Source: Stegostoma tigrinum (Eukaryota). Taken from it: a DNA stretch of 64,000 nucleotides. The notes below the pieces were generated by a model that had not been told where the DNA came from, made no database searches, and saw nothing but the letters and a program-made list of their open reading frames with translations. The position numbers and the translations under genes are program-made. Where the stretch lies: positions 10,684,822-10,748,821 of the forward strand of contig NC_081387.1 in the NCBI RefSeq assembly GCF_030684315.1, read 5' to 3'. This document shows, one piece after another, positions 62,641 through 64,000 of the stretch (its first letter is position 1; every line of letters starts with the position of its first letter).

Positions 62641-63695
62641 TTTTAATGACACGCCAAAACCTGTCCACTGTCTACAAGGCTCACATCAGAAACGTGATGC
62701 AAATTTCTCAACTTGTATGGATGAGTACAGCTTCAAAAACACTCAGGAACCATCCAGGACAAAGCAGCCCCCTTGATTGGCACCACTTCCACAAACGGTC
62801 AGCCCTTCTCCCATTAGTGCTCAATGTCATCAGTGTGTACTATCTGTAAGGTGCAAAGCAGAAATCTATAAAGCACTTTGGATTGCACCTTCCAAACTAC
62901 TGACCAGTACTATCAATTGGGACAAGAACAAAATATAAACGAGAACGCCATCAGCGATGATTTCATGCTTCCTTCAGTTTCTTTGGGTCAAAGTCCTGGA
63001 ACACTCCGCCCCCTTCTGAAATTGTGAATCTAAGTACAGTAAATGGTCTGAAGAATTTCAAGAAAGCAGCTTGCCATCACCTCCTCAACTGCGGGTGAGC
63101 AATAGCTGCTGGCCGAGCCAATGACACTCATATCACAGAAGTTAAGATAAAATTAAATCTCCTTTCCTGCAGCATAAACGATATTTTCCTTTAATTTTGC
63201 TAATTCTGGCGAATTATCATGACTGTAGGACAAAATGTCCTTTGTTTCAGCAATATCCAATGATATATGATTATTGTTCTGTTTTTTACAATATTCTTGA
63301 TTGTACACTTCTTCATTTTAGCCATCACCGCTGAATGAGTGCACACCTTCAACGATGAGGCGGTAATTTTCTCAAACCATCAAGACAGGAACCCATGATT
63401 GTGGAATGGCATTTCCAGGTCTCAGAACGTCTGACTGCTAAACTCGCACGCTATTTGCATTTACAGAAGACAAGTTACTCCCTATTATCAGATTTAACAA
63501 AATTGTAGTTGTGAAATAAGGTGTGATGTCTCCAACTGCTATCTTAGTCAGGAATATTCCACTGAAAGTGATTCTGGGACCAAAGAACTTTCCTGAGAGA
63601 AACTTGATCAGCAAACAACCAGCACGAACATTGTACATACGCCTACAACTATTTTTTTTCTGACAAGCAGCAAATAGGGAACAATGCATACTGAC

Positions 63696-63930
63696 CTGCA
63701 AAAATATCATCCTTATTTACAAGACCAGCATTCATTGCACGTTGCAATCTGGCGCTAAGAAAGACAATTTTATTTTCAAACAAACATATTCAACAAGCTT
63801 GTCAAGCAAATAGGCTTTGAATGACGTATATATAAGCATATAAACGAAGTCGGCCCCAATCCCAGGTGGGTATCTCATGCCAAGTGATCACTTGCCGACA
63901 GCTTTGACTGCATGCAATTGCCCAATCCTC
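63696..63930 (-). promoter_or_regulatory. Candidate promoter and non-coding first exon (possibly of the CHRM2-like gene)
   Basis: TATATATA at 63834-63827, CCAAT boxes at 63856-63860 and 63922-63926, palindrome CAAGTGATCACTTG at 63881-63894, and donor-like GCAG|GTCAGT at 63696/63695, all in non-repetitive DNA. Confidence 0.35.
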
Positions 63931-64000
63931 CCAACATCAATCAAGCAACGTGAAAATATGAGATGGCCATGAATGCAAAATATCAGGACCGCTCAGTGTA

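Overview
Vertebrate genomic DNA from a cartilaginous fish. HE1-type SINEs, CR1 LINEs and Penelope-like repeats suggest a carpet shark; this is inference, not database-checked. The window is repeat-rich and holds a compact multigene cluster. (1) The 3' part of a non-classical MHC class I heavy-chain gene on + (alpha2 5676-5951, alpha3 7540-7803, TM 12262-12366, cytoplasmic 13928-13960 and 14194-14241, probable 3'UTR exon from 15564). Its alpha2 domain is very Trp-rich. The leader and alpha1 exons are not in the window, and an antisense ERV occupies 1-~2650. (2) A birth-and-death array of two-exon GPR139/GPR142-like class A GPCRs on -: one intact gene (26186-26123 + 24001-23115, 316 aa), one pseudogene with three lesions (48308-48233 + 46901-46000) and one orphan exon 1 (42983-42903). 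The two full genes share an 11-bp motif about 50 bp upstream of their TATA-like boxes. (3) An intact but divergent muscarinic M2-like receptor on - (54417-53002, 471 aa) in which the W6.48 toggle, the P-I-F connector and several pocket residues are replaced. The best candidate for an undescribed system is a shark-specific cluster of diversified, possibly chemosensory or metabolite-sensing GPCRs physically linked to an aromatic-groove class Ib MHC gene. Penelope-derived hammerhead-like hairpins and an LTR with an inverted TATA duplication are secondary points of interest.
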